A stretch of DNA of 64,000 nt from an uncultured Gammaproteobacteria bacterium. Lineage in GTDB: Bacteria > Patescibacteriota > Microgenomatia > Daviesbacterales > UBA10151. Under the pieces are notes generated by a model that was given only the letters and a program-made list of their open reading frames with translations, did not search any database and was not told the DNA's origin. Both the position numbers and the translations under genes were made by a program. Shown here in pieces: positions 1 to 10,232 of the stretch (positions are counted from its first letter, which is position 1; every line of letters begins with the position of its first letter). The stretch lies in NCBI GenBank assembly GCA_964360965.1, contig CAYHYM010000004.1, positions 660-64,659 of the forward strand, read 5' to 3'.

Positions 1-124
1 GGTTCTACTCATCAGGTCAACCTGACGGAAAATAATCAAGGCAAATATAACGTAAAATAGCAAAATTAGCAAAATACCAAGGCGAACATACGGCAGTAAA
101 AACACCAGGTCCAAAAAAGGGGGG

Positions 125-679
125 TTAAGGGGCATTGGGTCCTCCCAAGTTATGTGATAAATCTAAAATTATGTCTGCCACTCTGGTGGGGTTGGGCACC
201 TTATCAAAATCCATACTTACTTTTGATCCTGCTGTCTGGATAAAAACATCGCCAAAATTAAAAATCACCCCCATTAGACCACCCACAGACCCGGATGCTT
301 CCTGAATAGATTGCAAAGGGGCCAAATCCACATTTTTTAAAAGCAGGGAATGAAAATCTATATCAATCACTCTTTTGTTGGTAACTATATTGACATTAAA
401 ATACCAGCCCAAAAAACCTTCAAAAACAATCACTCCCACCAAAAGATAGTTAAGTATTAAAAAAGCGGCTGTAAAGTTAACAGGCAGGGCAGGCAGAGCT
501 TGGCCTAAAAGGGAGGCTATTTTGGGCAAAAAAAGAGGTAAAAATGCCAAAATAACAGCAGAAAATATCCAGGATAAATTGGTGATAAAGTGAGGCCTAA
601 GCAGCAGGATTATTTTTTCATCAGGATCCTGCCCCTCAAACTGACAGTTTTGAGGTTGTTCCAGATAGGATGGGAACAT
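125..679 (-). CDS. membrane-flanked bacterial PH (bPH_2/YdbS-like) domain protein
   Basis: Two N-terminal hydrophobic helices followed by a region resembling the bPH_2 fold (TNKRVIDIDF...FQTAGS); a paralogous ORF sits at 53368..53961. Confidence 0.5.
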   Translation of the reverse strand: MFPSYLEQPQNCQFEGQDPDEKIILLLRPHFITNLSWIFSAVILAFLPLFLPKIASLLGQALPALPVNFTAAFLILNYLLVGVIVFEGFLGWYFNVNIVTNKRVIDIDFHSLLLKNVDLAPLQSIQEASGSVGGLMGVIFNFGDVFIQTAGSKVSMDFDKVPNPTRVADIILDLSHNLGGPNAP

Positions 680-702
680 ATGGGTTTAGTATAGCACCAG
701 TG

Positions 703-2424
703 TCATTTTCTTTCCACATTAAACAATGGCCCCACAATTTGAATATTAGCCGGAGCCCTTAAATTAAATCTATTTTTAAAATCAGCTCCAGAAAAATTAC
801 TTGTGCCCCCATCACCTGATATATTAACCGAAGTGGTGGCTCCTGCCCCAAAATCCGCAGAGACTGACACAGATGAAATATTATTGTAAGCAGTCACTCC
901 TTTATTCCTTAACTCTTGTTTGACTTTTTCTTCATCCCAATTGTCAGTGCCTGCAGGATTAGCTTTATCTGTCTGATAAAGATGCTCTGTGGTGGAAGAA
1001 TCTGCCTTAACTAAAAGCAGGGTGTTGACAATGTCTGCCACTTCTGAAGCTTTAAGCCAGGCAGTTTTATTATACTGTGCCCTGGAACCCCAGTCACAGT
1101 AAAACCAGGGCGAATCTTTATCATAAGCTCCGGCTTTAAGATCATCAAACCCTGAAGCATTGCCGGAAACAGTATCAACTCCATGTTTGGTCCAGGAAGT
1201 TGAGGACCAACCTATTTCCCCCGATGAGAGAATATAACCTCCGTGGGTGGAAGAATACCAGGCTTTCACAGGGCTACCACCAGTTACCATCACCCAACCC
1301 CGGGTATCATTAACTGCACTTTCCCAAGCCCCGCCTTTTGGATCAGACTTAAAAACCTGACATTGTTCGCTGGTGCAAATAGAACCTGCACCATTATTGG
1401 TATAGGCCAACCCGTAAGAGCGGGCTGCCACAGCTTGAGCTTTTAGTGCCTCCGGATGAAAACTATTGGGCATCTCATAAATTCTTTTGACATAATCCTC
1501 AATGGAGCCGGACCAACCGGTGGTAGTGGAAATTTGGATGTTGGTATCATAATCTTTTTTAAGTTCAAAATTAGCATAATAGGCATTAAGAATTGTTTCG
1601 ACATTTTGGCCGCTTCTGGCTCTACCATCTGCCCCAAACTGATTCATGCCGGTCCTATTAGGCACTCCATAAGTAAAAAGGGCGAGCCTGGGGGAAAAAC
1701 CAGGATCTTTATCCCGATCATCCACACAAGCGCCTAAAGTGGCAGCTGACCTGGATATATTAAGAGAAGCCAGTCTTTGAGATAAGATTTGTTGCTGTCT
1801 GGCTGTTAGTTGGACAATTTTACTGGTCAGCTCTGCTTGATAAGCCTTAGCTTTACCAACCTCACCTCCCAAAAATTTAGCATTTTTATCAACCTGAGCT
1901 TGAAGAGAAGCCAGAGCAGATTTATCAATTTCTAACTTTTCTTTCTGCTTTAGCAGATCCAACACCTCCCCGGTGATGAGGGAGATAATCTGTCTGTCTT
2001 CTCTGGTGGCTTTTTGCCGCAAAGATAACTCTCTAAATAAATGGCTGGGGTTTTGAGATGATAAAATTACCAGCAAGGGTGAGGATAAATAGGTACGGAT
2101 ATAATATGAGCGGACTCTTTGCTCAAGCAGGGCTTGTTGAGTAATAAGTTTTTCTTCTCTTAATTTGAGCTCTATTTGTTTTTTGCGGATGTTGGTTGAG
2201 AGCAAATCCAAACTGGCCTGAATTTGGTTAAGCTGTCTTTTTAAACCCTCCAGCTGTCCTTCCAGGGGTTTGGTAGCAGAAATGGACAGCTCACGGGCTT
2301 TATTTAACTCATTAATTTGCTTTTGTAAATCCTCTATTTCATCAGCCTTGACAGGGGTAAGGGTATAGGGTATAGGGTATAGAAAAACAAATAATAGAAA
2401 TAAAAAAAGAATAATTTTTTTCAT
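703..2424 (-). CDS. secreted coiled-coil protein with C-terminal SpoIID/LytB-like domain (peptidoglycan-remodelling)
   Basis: Signal peptide, long heptad-repeat region, C-terminal motifs AARSYGL...CTSEQCQVF...STHGGY typical of the SpoIID/LytB domain. Confidence 0.65.
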   Translation of the reverse strand: MKKIILFLFLLFVFLYPIPYTLTPVKADEIEDLQKQINELNKARELSISATKPLEGQLEGLKRQLNQIQASLDLLSTNIRKKQIELKLREEKLITQQALLEQRVRSYYIRTYLSSPLLVILSSQNPSHLFRELSLRQKATREDRQIISLITGEVLDLLKQKEKLEIDKSALASLQAQVDKNAKFLGGEVGKAKAYQAELTSKIVQLTARQQQILSQRLASLNISRSAATLGACVDDRDKDPGFSPRLALFTYGVPNRTGMNQFGADGRARSGQNVETILNAYYANFELKKDYDTNIQISTTTGWSGSIEDYVKRIYEMPNSFHPEALKAQAVAARSYGLAYTNNGAGSICTSEQCQVFKSDPKGGAWESAVNDTRGWVMVTGGSPVKAWYSSTHGGYILSSGEIGWSSTSWTKHGVDTVSGNASGFDDLKAGAYDKDSPWFYCDWGSRAQYNKTAWLKASEVADIVNTLLLVKADSSTTEHLYQTDKANPAGTDNWDEEKVKQELRNKGVTAYNNISSVSVSADFGAGATTSVNISGDGGTSNFSGADFKNRFNLRAPANIQIVGPLFNVERK

Positions 2425-2617
2425 AAATTTTAAGGTTTTAAACTACTAATAAGCTTATTCAACATCTTTTGAACCTCTGTAAGTAAATCGCTAATTTCAT
2501 TAAATTCTTTCATAGTTAAAAAACCTAATTCTTTTGTAAGCGGTTAACTGTTGATAAGAAGTTAGCATAGGTTTATTTTACACTAAACCCTAGACCCTAG
2601 CTTATCTTTGTGCTAAG

Positions 2618-2641
2618 CCACAATTAGTTACATAATTGTGG
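2618..2641. promoter_or_regulatory. 9-bp perfect inverted repeat ccacaatta-N6-taattgtgg just upstream of the first T4SS-like gene
   Basis: Direct reading; lies 14 nt upstream of the ATG at 2655. Confidence 0.4.
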
Positions 2642-2654
2642 TAAGCTAGATTTA

Positions 2655-3893
2655 ATGTCCAAATCACTATTAAATATCTCCACATCTTTGTTAATTATCC
2701 TGGGGTTGTTTATTTATTACGCACCAAATATTGAGGCTGCTTCTGGCACGTGTATCAATAAAGATAGAAAGGGGGTAATTATTTCTACGGCCATTTGGCC
2801 AGATGATGTTCTTATTAATTTGTCAGTAAACGTCACTGTTCAATTTACCAATCAAACAGTTGCGGGTAAATACTTTGTTATCCTAAGCGACGGTAAACCA
2901 ATTGGCGCCCAAGACTACTCATCTCAAATAGTTGATCTTACCACAAGCCAGCTACGAAATGGAATAGAAGTGACTTTCCCTATTGGTCCTGTTACTGAGT
3001 ATAGAGATTCTTACTACGTCAAACTACAAAGAGAGGGGTTTGGAGATATTTGTGAGCCTAGTAATTTAGGCACTATTGCAGTAGCTAACATCAGCGATAA
3101 TAAGCTAAAAAAAACTCAATGTTCCATCTCTGTTCCCGGCAATATTCAAATAGGTGATAACTTAACCATTAAATATAGCGTTTCCAATCCTCCCTCTGAA
3201 AATTCCAGATTTATTCCCCTAATTTTTAAAACAAGTAATTTTGCCAAAATGCCTACAGGTGTTTATAGAGCAACCGGGGCTCCCTTGGGAGATTTTGCCA
3301 ATACCTTAATCACCCCAAAATACTTAAAACAAGACCAGGTAACAGATCTAACCTTTCCCACTGATACAGGCACATTTAATCAAATTGAAAATTTTACAGC
3401 AGCGATGGCAGTTCAGGATGACTCCTCGGTACCAGGAGATGAAGCTAGATTATATATTTGTAAATCCGCTAATTTTAGTACCAGTAATAACCCTACGACT
3501 CCTGCCGGAACTCCTGCTACATCTGCACCTGCTGGTTTTCCAAAAGCCGGTACTGGATCAGGGGGAGGAGAAAAATGTACTTCAGGGTTTTTAGATGAAA
3601 AAAATAATCCTGTGCCGGCAATAGATACTGCCATAGGCTGTGTGCCCACAGAACCGGTGGCTTTTATCAAGGCTTTTTTGCGATTTACCCTGGCCACTTT
3701 TGGAGGGATAGCCTTTTTAATCATGGTAATGGGAGTATTTCGGATGATCACCTCTGCCGGTAACCCTGATGCGCTGAAAGCAGGACAGGAAATGTTTACC
3801 AGTGCCATTATTGGCATTTTATTTATTATCTTTTCCGTACTGCTTTTACAAATAATAGGAGTTGGTATACTAAATATACCTGGATTCAGATGA
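2655..3893 (+). CDS. secreted protein with C-terminal T4SS pilin-like (VirB2/TrbC-like) hydrophobic module
   Basis: Signal peptide; the C-terminal 80 aa (FRMITSAGNPDALKAGQEMFTSAIIGILFIIF) are paralogous to the downstream small pilin-like ORFs. Confidence 0.45.
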   Translation: MSKSLLNISTSLLIILGLFIYYAPNIEAASGTCINKDRKGVIISTAIWPDDVLINLSVNVTVQFTNQTVAGKYFVILSDGKPIGAQDYSSQIVDLTTSQLRNGIEVTFPIGPVTEYRDSYYVKLQREGFGDICEPSNLGTIAVANISDNKLKKTQCSISVPGNIQIGDNLTIKYSVSNPPSENSRFIPLIFKTSNFAKMPTGVYRATGAPLGDFANTLITPKYLKQDQVTDLTFPTDTGTFNQIENFTAAMAVQDDSSVPGDEARLYICKSANFSTSNNPTTPAGTPATSAPAGFPKAGTGSGGGEKCTSGFLDEKNNPVPAIDTAIGCVPTEPVAFIKAFLRFTLATFGGIAFLIMVMGVFRMITSAGNPDALKAGQEMFTSAIIGILFIIFSVLLLQIIGVGILNIPGFR

Positions 3894-4561
3894 AACTAAT
3901 CGCCCAACAAATTCCCGGAATTCCATATTTATTAAACTGTAACCCGGTCAATCAAACAGGCTGTCCACCTGGCCAGAGCGTGCCCAGGACTGGTGCTTTA
4001 AATTTTACCAGCCTGGGGGATTTTATCTTCGGACTCTTAAACATTGTCTTTTCCATTGCCGTATTTTTGGCCTTTTTCTGGCTGGTGTGGGGAGCTTTTC
4101 AATATATTACCTCAGGAGGGAATAAGGAAAGATTGGCTGCTGCCAGGGCCAGAATCACCTGGGCCATTGTGGGATTACTGCTGGTGGCAGTTTCCTTTCT
4201 AGTAGCCCAATTTTTGGCTCAGGTTTTACCTCCCCAAAAAGGAACACCAATTTTGTCAGTACCGACCGCTTATGCTGCTGTTGATATTGGCAAGGAGTAT
4301 GGTTTTGGAGATATCCGGTCTTTAGGAGAAGGGGTCACTAAACTGGTTGCTCCCACCTTTTCCATTGCCACCACGGTGGTGATAATATATTTTTTAATGG
4401 GAGCTTTTAAATTTTTAACCTCAGGAGGGAATAAGGAGGCCACTGCTTCTGCCCGTGGTATGATTACCCATGCCATTGTGGGATTTATTATTTTAATGTT
4501 TGCTTTTTTGATTTTACAATTTATTCCACAAGCTTTTGGCTTAAATTTTTCGTTGTTTTAA
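3890..4561 (+). CDS. VirB2/TrbC-like pilin, tandem-duplicated module
   Basis: Two copies of the motif W.GAF.(Y/F)(I/L)TSGGNKE...AR..IT.AIVG, each followed by a hydrophobic helix; start overlaps the upstream stop (ATGA). Confidence 0.55.
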   Translation: MKLIAQQIPGIPYLLNCNPVNQTGCPPGQSVPRTGALNFTSLGDFIFGLLNIVFSIAVFLAFFWLVWGAFQYITSGGNKERLAAARARITWAIVGLLLVAVSFLVAQFLAQVLPPQKGTPILSVPTAYAAVDIGKEYGFGDIRSLGEGVTKLVAPTFSIATTVVIIYFLMGAFKFLTSGGNKEATASARGMITHAIVGFIILMFAFLILQFIPQAFGLNFSLF

Positions 4562-5055
4562 TGATAAAAAAAATAGTTATTGTAATTTTAATAAATGTCT
4601 TTTTGGGATTAGGGACATCTTCTGTCTATGCTCTTCATGTGCCACCCGGCGCTACTTGTAATCCAATAGACCCGGCAGATCATTGTAACATTGGCTATTC
4701 TTGTCTACCGGTAACAGGTACTCCGGGCCACCAATGCTTAAGACCCCAATCCACAGACACCATTGGTAAAATCAGTGCACCATTAGCCATACAAGCTTTG
4801 GGTATAGGTAATATAGGCATCAGCAAATTTTTAAATAATTTAGTCACCCTAATTTATATTTTAGCCACTGTTGTTTTAGTCTTTATGTTTTTATGGGGAT
4901 CTTTGGAGTGGTTAACATCAGGAGGGGATAAGGAAGCTGTAGGAAGAGCCAGAGGCAGGATTATTAATGCCCTGGTGGGAATTATTCTTTTCGGGGTGGC
5001 TTATGCCATACTGCGGCTGTTGGGAACATTTACCGGCTTTACATTTTTCCAATAA
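4561..5055 (+). CDS. VirB2/TrbC-like pilin paralog
   Basis: Signal peptide plus LWGSLEWLTSGGDKEAVGRARGRIINALVGIILFGVAYAIL motif. Confidence 0.55.
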   Translation: MIKKIVIVILINVFLGLGTSSVYALHVPPGATCNPIDPADHCNIGYSCLPVTGTPGHQCLRPQSTDTIGKISAPLAIQALGIGNIGISKFLNNLVTLIYILATVVLVFMFLWGSLEWLTSGGDKEAVGRARGRIINALVGIILFGVAYAILRLLGTFTGFTFFQ

Positions 5056-5056
5056 A

Positions 5057-5806
5057 TTAAGAACCTCCTCCATAACGAGGTCCTTGCCCTCCACCGCCGC
5101 CTCTTCTACCCTTTCCGAAGAATCTGATAACTCTGATAACCAGGTTCATCAAAAATACCGGTATTGCTATAACTGCTACCAAACTGCCTATTACAGCAAG
5201 AATGGCGCCTGCGGATATACCTACAGTCTTTCCTATCTCCACCACCATCTTGGGTACACCACCTGGTGAGTCAGGTGCTATTTTACGGCCTTCTATATCT
5301 TTGATAAATTCAGCCTCATACTCTTTAGCTTCTTGCTCTGTCTCCTGTCTTGCCCGCTCAAATGCCTTTTTATTTTCTTCCTGCTGTTTTGCATCAGCCT
5401 GAGCAGTTTTTTTTGATTGTTCCCAGATTACTCGCTGCTCAGGGGTCATTTTTTCCAGTAGCTCCATTTCATATGGAGTGAGTGTGGGAACCCTTTCAGG
5501 AGTGGTTACCCCTGGCCTTTCTGTTGCTCTGAGTGTGGAAGTTTTTGTTTCCACTATCTGAACACCAGCTGGTTGTTTTGGCGCCTCTCCCACTACTGGT
5601 GCGGGTTGGCTGGTAGTGTCAGCACTAAGATCCAGACAGGCAGCTGAGAAAAATACCAAACCCACCATGGGAGCTAATAAGGCTACTCTTGAAGCCGGGA
5701 GCGCTTTTCTGGTTCTTACCACAATATCATCTGCCGCTACTATGGCGCTGGATGGTTCTATCAACTCATTTAAAACTGCTGGTTCTGTTTCTTTCATATC
5801 ATCCAT
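5057..5806 (-). CDS. membrane-anchored hypothetical protein with Gly-rich C-terminal tail
   Basis: ORF with an N-terminal and a C-terminal TM helix, a charged coiled-coil middle, and a GGGGGQG tail; no recognisable catalytic motif. Confidence 0.35.
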   Translation of the reverse strand: MDDMKETEPAVLNELIEPSSAIVAADDIVVRTRKALPASRVALLAPMVGLVFFSAACLDLSADTTSQPAPVVGEAPKQPAGVQIVETKTSTLRATERPGVTTPERVPTLTPYEMELLEKMTPEQRVIWEQSKKTAQADAKQQEENKKAFERARQETEQEAKEYEAEFIKDIEGRKIAPDSPGGVPKMVVEIGKTVGISAGAILAVIGSLVAVIAIPVFLMNLVIRVIRFFGKGRRGGGGGQGPRYGGGS

Positions 5807-6107
5807 TCTTAGGTCCTTTTAAAGTTTCCAGATAATCTTTTTTAAAATTTTCCAATTCATGCAAAATTTTTGTCTGAAGAGATGGAATCAGACTGCCTAA
5901 CATATTAATTATCACCTTACCGTCTTTCTGCTTAGTAATTTTCCCCAGTTGTTCTGTGGTAAGATCAGCGGAAAGCCTTAATAACACATACTCGCCTATT
6001 TTACTGTTTAAATGCTGCCGCATCTTATCTGTCTCCTCTGTTGATTGAGAGACGGTATTAATATTCAAAAAAATAATTGGATCAAAATCTTTTAGACTAA
6101 TCAACAT
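5799..6107 (-). CDS. hypothetical protein
   Basis: 102-aa ORF whose 5' end overlaps the 3' end of the 5057..5806 gene; no recognisable motif. Confidence 0.3.
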   Translation of the reverse strand: MLISLKDFDPIIFLNINTVSQSTEETDKMRQHLNSKIGEYVLLRLSADLTTEQLGKITKQKDGKVIINMLGSLIPSLQTKILHELENFKKDYLETLKGPKNG

Positions 6108-6186
6108 ATTAATCCTATAGATATATTATACCACAAATTTAGCACTTGACAAATAGATAACTTACTGCATATGATAAAATTAAGAT

Positions 6187-6567
6187 ATGAAAAAAGTTGC
6201 CTCAATTTTCTCTGCCTTTGGTTATCTAATATCTGCAGGAGCAGCTTTTGCTCAAACCATTACCATTGAAAGACCTGAGATCAGCGGCAAAAAGGTGGGC
6301 TTTTTAGATGTCAACCAATTCATCAAAAATGGGGTGACCCTGGCTTTTATTATTGCCCTGGTGATTGTTTTTATTATGCTGGTGTGGGGGTCAATTCAGT
6401 GGATTTTTTCCGGAGGATCAAAGGAGAATCTGGAGGCTGCCAGAAATAGAATCATTCACGCTCTGGTAGGCTTGGCTATTTTGGCGGTGGCTTTTGCCAT
6501 TATTCAGCTTTTTGCCACCTTTGTGGGTGTTAATCTACTTGATCTAAAAGTACCATCTCCAATATAA
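6187..6567 (+). CDS. VirB2/TrbC-like pilin paralog
   Basis: Signal peptide plus MLVWGSIQWIFSGGSKENLEAARNRIIHALVGLAILAVAFAII motif. Confidence 0.55.
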   Translation: MKKVASIFSAFGYLISAGAAFAQTITIERPEISGKKVGFLDVNQFIKNGVTLAFIIALVIVFIMLVWGSIQWIFSGGSKENLEAARNRIIHALVGLAILAVAFAIIQLFATFVGVNLLDLKVPSPI

Positions 6568-6576
6568 TTTTAGAAT

Positions 6577-6861
6577 ATGGGGCCACCTGAAGCTGGTTTA
6601 ACTCAAATTGAAGACACTTTTAAAAATGCCATCTCTGTTTCAGTGGGACTGGCTTTTGTGGCTTTGGTGGTGGTGCTGATCTGGGCAGGCATTAAATTTT
6701 TAACCTCAGGAGGGGAGGCTAAAGCCCTACAGTCTGCCACACAGACCGTCACCTGGGCTCTTCTGGGAATTTTATTTCTGGCCATAGCCTGGCTGGTGTT
6801 GCTGCTGATTAAAATCTTTACCGGAATAGATGTGACAACTTTTAACATTCAGGTTTTATAG
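6577..6861 (+). CDS. VirB2/TrbC-like pilin paralog (divergent)
   Basis: LIWAGIKFLTSGGEAKALQSATQTVTWALLGILFLAIAWLV motif. Confidence 0.5.
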   Translation: MGPPEAGLTQIEDTFKNAISVSVGLAFVALVVVLIWAGIKFLTSGGEAKALQSATQTVTWALLGILFLAIAWLVLLLIKIFTGIDVTTFNIQVL

Positions 6862-6909
6862 TATCAACGTATGTTGCAAAATAACCATTAGTTGTTTTAA
6901 ACTTAAATT

Positions 6910-8505
6910 ATGTCTGTTAAGAAATTAATCTTCAGCTTAGCGGTATCTTTGGCATTTCTTTTGCTACCTGCTACCAACCACCAGCTATTAACTATCTCTG
7001 CTCAAACTACCACTTCCTCTGCCACTGCCTCTACAGCCATCAAACCATTGGGCATAGTCAGCTTTCAATCCCCACAATATATCAACCTGCAAATGATAAA
7101 CCTGATGCACTCTGCCAGTTGCTTGATAAGCGGCATCTCTCCCATAAACCAACCTTGCGTGGAATACATTGGGGGTATCCCCGTACTTTCCTCTGTTAAC
7201 CTATCAGGCGGTATGTTGGGTACTATCAGCACAGGATTGGCACTACTTTATACAAATCCTCCCATCAAAAGCATTGAATACCTGGGTAGTATAGGGGACA
7301 GTTTAAGTTTTTTTGAAGTTAAACAGGCCCAAGCTCAGGTGGGAGGCTCTGGCAGCAAGGTATTATCTCCGGTTTTGGACCTTTGGAAAGTTTCAAGGAA
7401 CATTGCCTATCTAACTATAATGATCATTTTTGTGGTGATTGGGGTGATGGTGATGTTTAGGAACAGAATCAATCCTCAAACAGTCATCACAGTCCAGGCA
7501 GCCCTGCCAGGCCTGGTGATTGGACTCATACTTATTACTTTCAGTTATTTTTTGGCAGCACTATTGGCAGATATTGCTTTTGTGGGCTCAAATATAGTCG
7601 GCCATTATTTTACCATTGCCCAAAGTCAAGCCATCTCTGTCAAAGGACCGGTGAACACTCTAGAAAACGAAAATGTCTTAAGTATCTTTAGCAGATTTTT
7701 TAACACCACCTCCAAAGAACAGTTTATTCCCCTATTTGACACCATCTTTAAAAACCTGCCCACACCAGCCGCTTTAGATATTTTGACTCCTGCCCGTATG
7801 TTTACTTATGTTATTGTGGGAATGACTAACCAAATATTAACCTTAACTGGTATATCCTCTATACCTGTAGCAGGCACTGCTACAGGTATATTTACAGGTA
7901 TTAAAGGACTAACAGATGCACAGGCTACAGGATCATTTTTAGTATGGCTGATCTTAATACTAGTACTGATGTATTCCATGTTTAGAGTACTTTATCGTTT
8001 GATAATCAGTTATTTAACCATCATCTTTTTAACCATCACCGCCCCTTTTCATTTTTTAATTGCCGCTTTCCCGGGAAGACAAGAGGTGGTGACTGTTTGG
8101 GCCAGAAACATGCTGGCCAATATCCTGGTTTTTCCCGGAGTGTTGGCCATATTTTATTTTGCCGGCTATCTGATGGGGCCCACATTATTAACAAGCGCCG
8201 GTGGAGCAGGAGGATTAACTCTTAGTGATCTACTCAATATTAACAATCAATTGGGTGTGGCAGGAGCAAAAACACTGCCGCTTTTGGGAGGATTGGATCA
8301 AACAGTGATCCAGTTAATTCTGGCTTATGGCGCGCTGATTGCCGCACCAGCCATTCCGGAAATTATCATCAATGCCATAGGTAAAGTTGGTCCTGCCGGA
8401 CAGACCATTGGTAGAGAGGTGACTGGAGCTATACAAAGCGGCAGAGGATACCTGCAACAAGGAGCCGGGGCAATTGGTGGAGCCTTGGGAGGCGGTAGAC
8501 GTTAA
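6910..8505 (+). CDS. VirB6/TrbL-like polytopic membrane protein
   Basis: Signal peptide, then at least six hydrophobic helices and a Gly-rich C-terminus; position next to the pilin genes in a T4SS-like locus. Confidence 0.45.
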   Translation: MSVKKLIFSLAVSLAFLLLPATNHQLLTISAQTTTSSATASTAIKPLGIVSFQSPQYINLQMINLMHSASCLISGISPINQPCVEYIGGIPVLSSVNLSGGMLGTISTGLALLYTNPPIKSIEYLGSIGDSLSFFEVKQAQAQVGGSGSKVLSPVLDLWKVSRNIAYLTIMIIFVVIGVMVMFRNRINPQTVITVQAALPGLVIGLILITFSYFLAALLADIAFVGSNIVGHYFTIAQSQAISVKGPVNTLENENVLSIFSRFFNTTSKEQFIPLFDTIFKNLPTPAALDILTPARMFTYVIVGMTNQILTLTGISSIPVAGTATGIFTGIKGLTDAQATGSFLVWLILILVLMYSMFRVLYRLIISYLTIIFLTITAPFHFLIAAFPGRQEVVTVWARNMLANILVFPGVLAIFYFAGYLMGPTLLTSAGGAGGLTLSDLLNINNQLGVAGAKTLPLLGGLDQTVIQLILAYGALIAAPAIPEIIINAIGKVGPAGQTIGREVTGAIQSGRGYLQQGAGAIGGALGGGRR

Positions 8506-10196
8506 AAGCTCTTAATCACTTTTTGCCAAATAAATTTCCCCATTCCCTTAAACAAGAATCCATCAACCAACCATACCCCGTTAACAAAAAAGTTTGTTCC
8601 TGCAGAAGCATTAAAATGTCTCATTAAATCCTCGGCTTGATCCTCACCAGTAGCTCCCTTTGTCTCATTAATTGCCCAGTAAAATTGTGGTCTACCCCAT
8701 CTATTATAAGATTTGGTGAATTCATTGCGAAGTTTTAGTACTCTTTGGCCCTCATCTGTATTAACATAGTTTAAAATCTGTCCCAGAACAAAGGCTCTGA
8801 CTTTTTGTGGTTCTGCAGCACCATAATAGCTCAGAGAATTAAAATTACCAGCAAGCTCATTAAATGATTTTACTATATCAGGCATATTCTTTTCAGGATC
8901 ATCCAAAGCTCTAGCAGGTGATATCAGGGGACTGTTAATAAATCCACCAAGAAGTTTATCTACTAAATCGTTTGTTCCATTAACAATTACAGACCAGCCG
9001 TAAAATGAGGTGTCCGGATTATCTTTAAGTTTATCGCGTAACTCAAGCAGATTTTTACACTTGAGAAAATAGCTTAAAGATCTGGCATGGGTATCAAAGG
9101 CCCCAATCAACTGTCTGGCTTGAACTGCAGAATGTTCTCTACTTGCCAAAAACTCCGGGGTAAATATCAATTTGGTCCAAAGATAGGGGGAATTGCCTGA
9201 TAACTGAGAATATTTACTCCTATCACTACCACTATATTCAAAGTGGTACGCTGGATTTGCCCATTGATTAACCCACTCTCTCCAGTACAGATTATTTGTC
9301 ATATCTATTTTTTGACCCTTAAATACATTATTTAAAATTTGCTGTTCAACTAATTCTCCATCTTTTGTCAGGGGACCAGTAAAACGGGTGATGTCTGCGG
9401 TGGCTATATATAACCTGTAAGTTAACACAGCAGCCAATTCAGCTTGTTTTTTATCTAAACTTTGATTTTTTTGCAGTTGTTCTGATATTTGGTTTATTAT
9501 CATCTCTTTTTCTTTATCACTTTTTTTATAACTTCTAAAAACCTGGCCATTACTTTTTTCCACCCACTCAACTCCCTCTCTGACTCCCTCTATATCCCAT
9601 GTCCAATTAAATGCCTCTCTAAATATAACAGCTGCCACCAATTCTGCAAATTTTGGTCCAGCTCCAAAATTAACAGTCCACTCTGCACCACTCAGACATG
9701 CTCTAACCATGAACATCTTTTGTGCTTTTTCTATTTCCTCTATTTCTTTTTCACCAGCACCTGATCCCATTTTAGCACTCACCAACGTATCAAATAATTC
9801 CTGATATTTATTTATCTCAGCCAGAGGTGACATGTCCTTCGCGCCTACAATATTAGGCATACGGTCTTCTAATCTAATGATTAAAGCATCAGCTATTTTC
9901 TTAATTTGCTCTGGTGTCTGATCTGGTCTAAATGGACCAAGACCTGCAAACATCTCTGCCCCACCTTCCATCCTGGGTATTCTGGCTACTTCTTGACCGG
10001 TTTGTGGATCAAAATAAACATGGTACTTCCCTTCTACTTTAGAAGGATAATCTACCTGGGGATTTAGTTCTGGAGAACGAGTCGCCCCCACAACACTTTT
10101 TCCTGCTTCAGGAACCACCTCTTTTACTATTGGAGTAGGATTAGGTGATTCATTTTCCGGACTATCTGATCCCTCTGCCATAATCTCTCTAGCCAT
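8502..10196 (-). CDS. hypothetical protein (564 aa), embedded in T4SS-like locus
   Basis: Long ORF with no recognisable Walker or other catalytic motifs; overlaps the VirB6-like gene end by 4 nt. Confidence 0.4.
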   Translation of the reverse strand: MAREIMAEGSDSPENESPNPTPIVKEVVPEAGKSVVGATRSPELNPQVDYPSKVEGKYHVYFDPQTGQEVARIPRMEGGAEMFAGLGPFRPDQTPEQIKKIADALIIRLEDRMPNIVGAKDMSPLAEINKYQELFDTLVSAKMGSGAGEKEIEEIEKAQKMFMVRACLSGAEWTVNFGAGPKFAELVAAVIFREAFNWTWDIEGVREGVEWVEKSNGQVFRSYKKSDKEKEMIINQISEQLQKNQSLDKKQAELAAVLTYRLYIATADITRFTGPLTKDGELVEQQILNNVFKGQKIDMTNNLYWREWVNQWANPAYHFEYSGSDRSKYSQLSGNSPYLWTKLIFTPEFLASREHSAVQARQLIGAFDTHARSLSYFLKCKNLLELRDKLKDNPDTSFYGWSVIVNGTNDLVDKLLGGFINSPLISPARALDDPEKNMPDIVKSFNELAGNFNSLSYYGAAEPQKVRAFVLGQILNYVNTDEGQRVLKLRNEFTKSYNRWGRPQFYWAINETKGATGEDQAEDLMRHFNASAGTNFFVNGVWLVDGFLFKGMGKFIWQKVIKSF

Positions 10197-10232
10197 CTTC
10201 CTTTCCTCCGTCTATAGTATATTATACCATAC

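Noticed and set aside
1243-1737. Three small ORFs (1243..1446 +, 1443..1637 -, 1456..1737 +) inside or antisense to the SpoIID-domain gene
   Set aside because: They lie fully within a well-supported 573-aa CDS and have no motifs; typical shadow ORFs.
2432-2515. 27-aa minus-strand ORF (MKEFNEISDLLTEVQKMLNKLISSLKP) in the spacer before the T4SS-like locus
   Set aside because: Too short to call without conservation evidence; could be a leader peptide but unsupported.
3385-3817. ORFs 3385..3594 (+) and 3413..3817 (-) overlapping the 412-aa secreted-protein gene
   Set aside because: Alternative-frame or antisense shadows of a longer, better-supported ORF.
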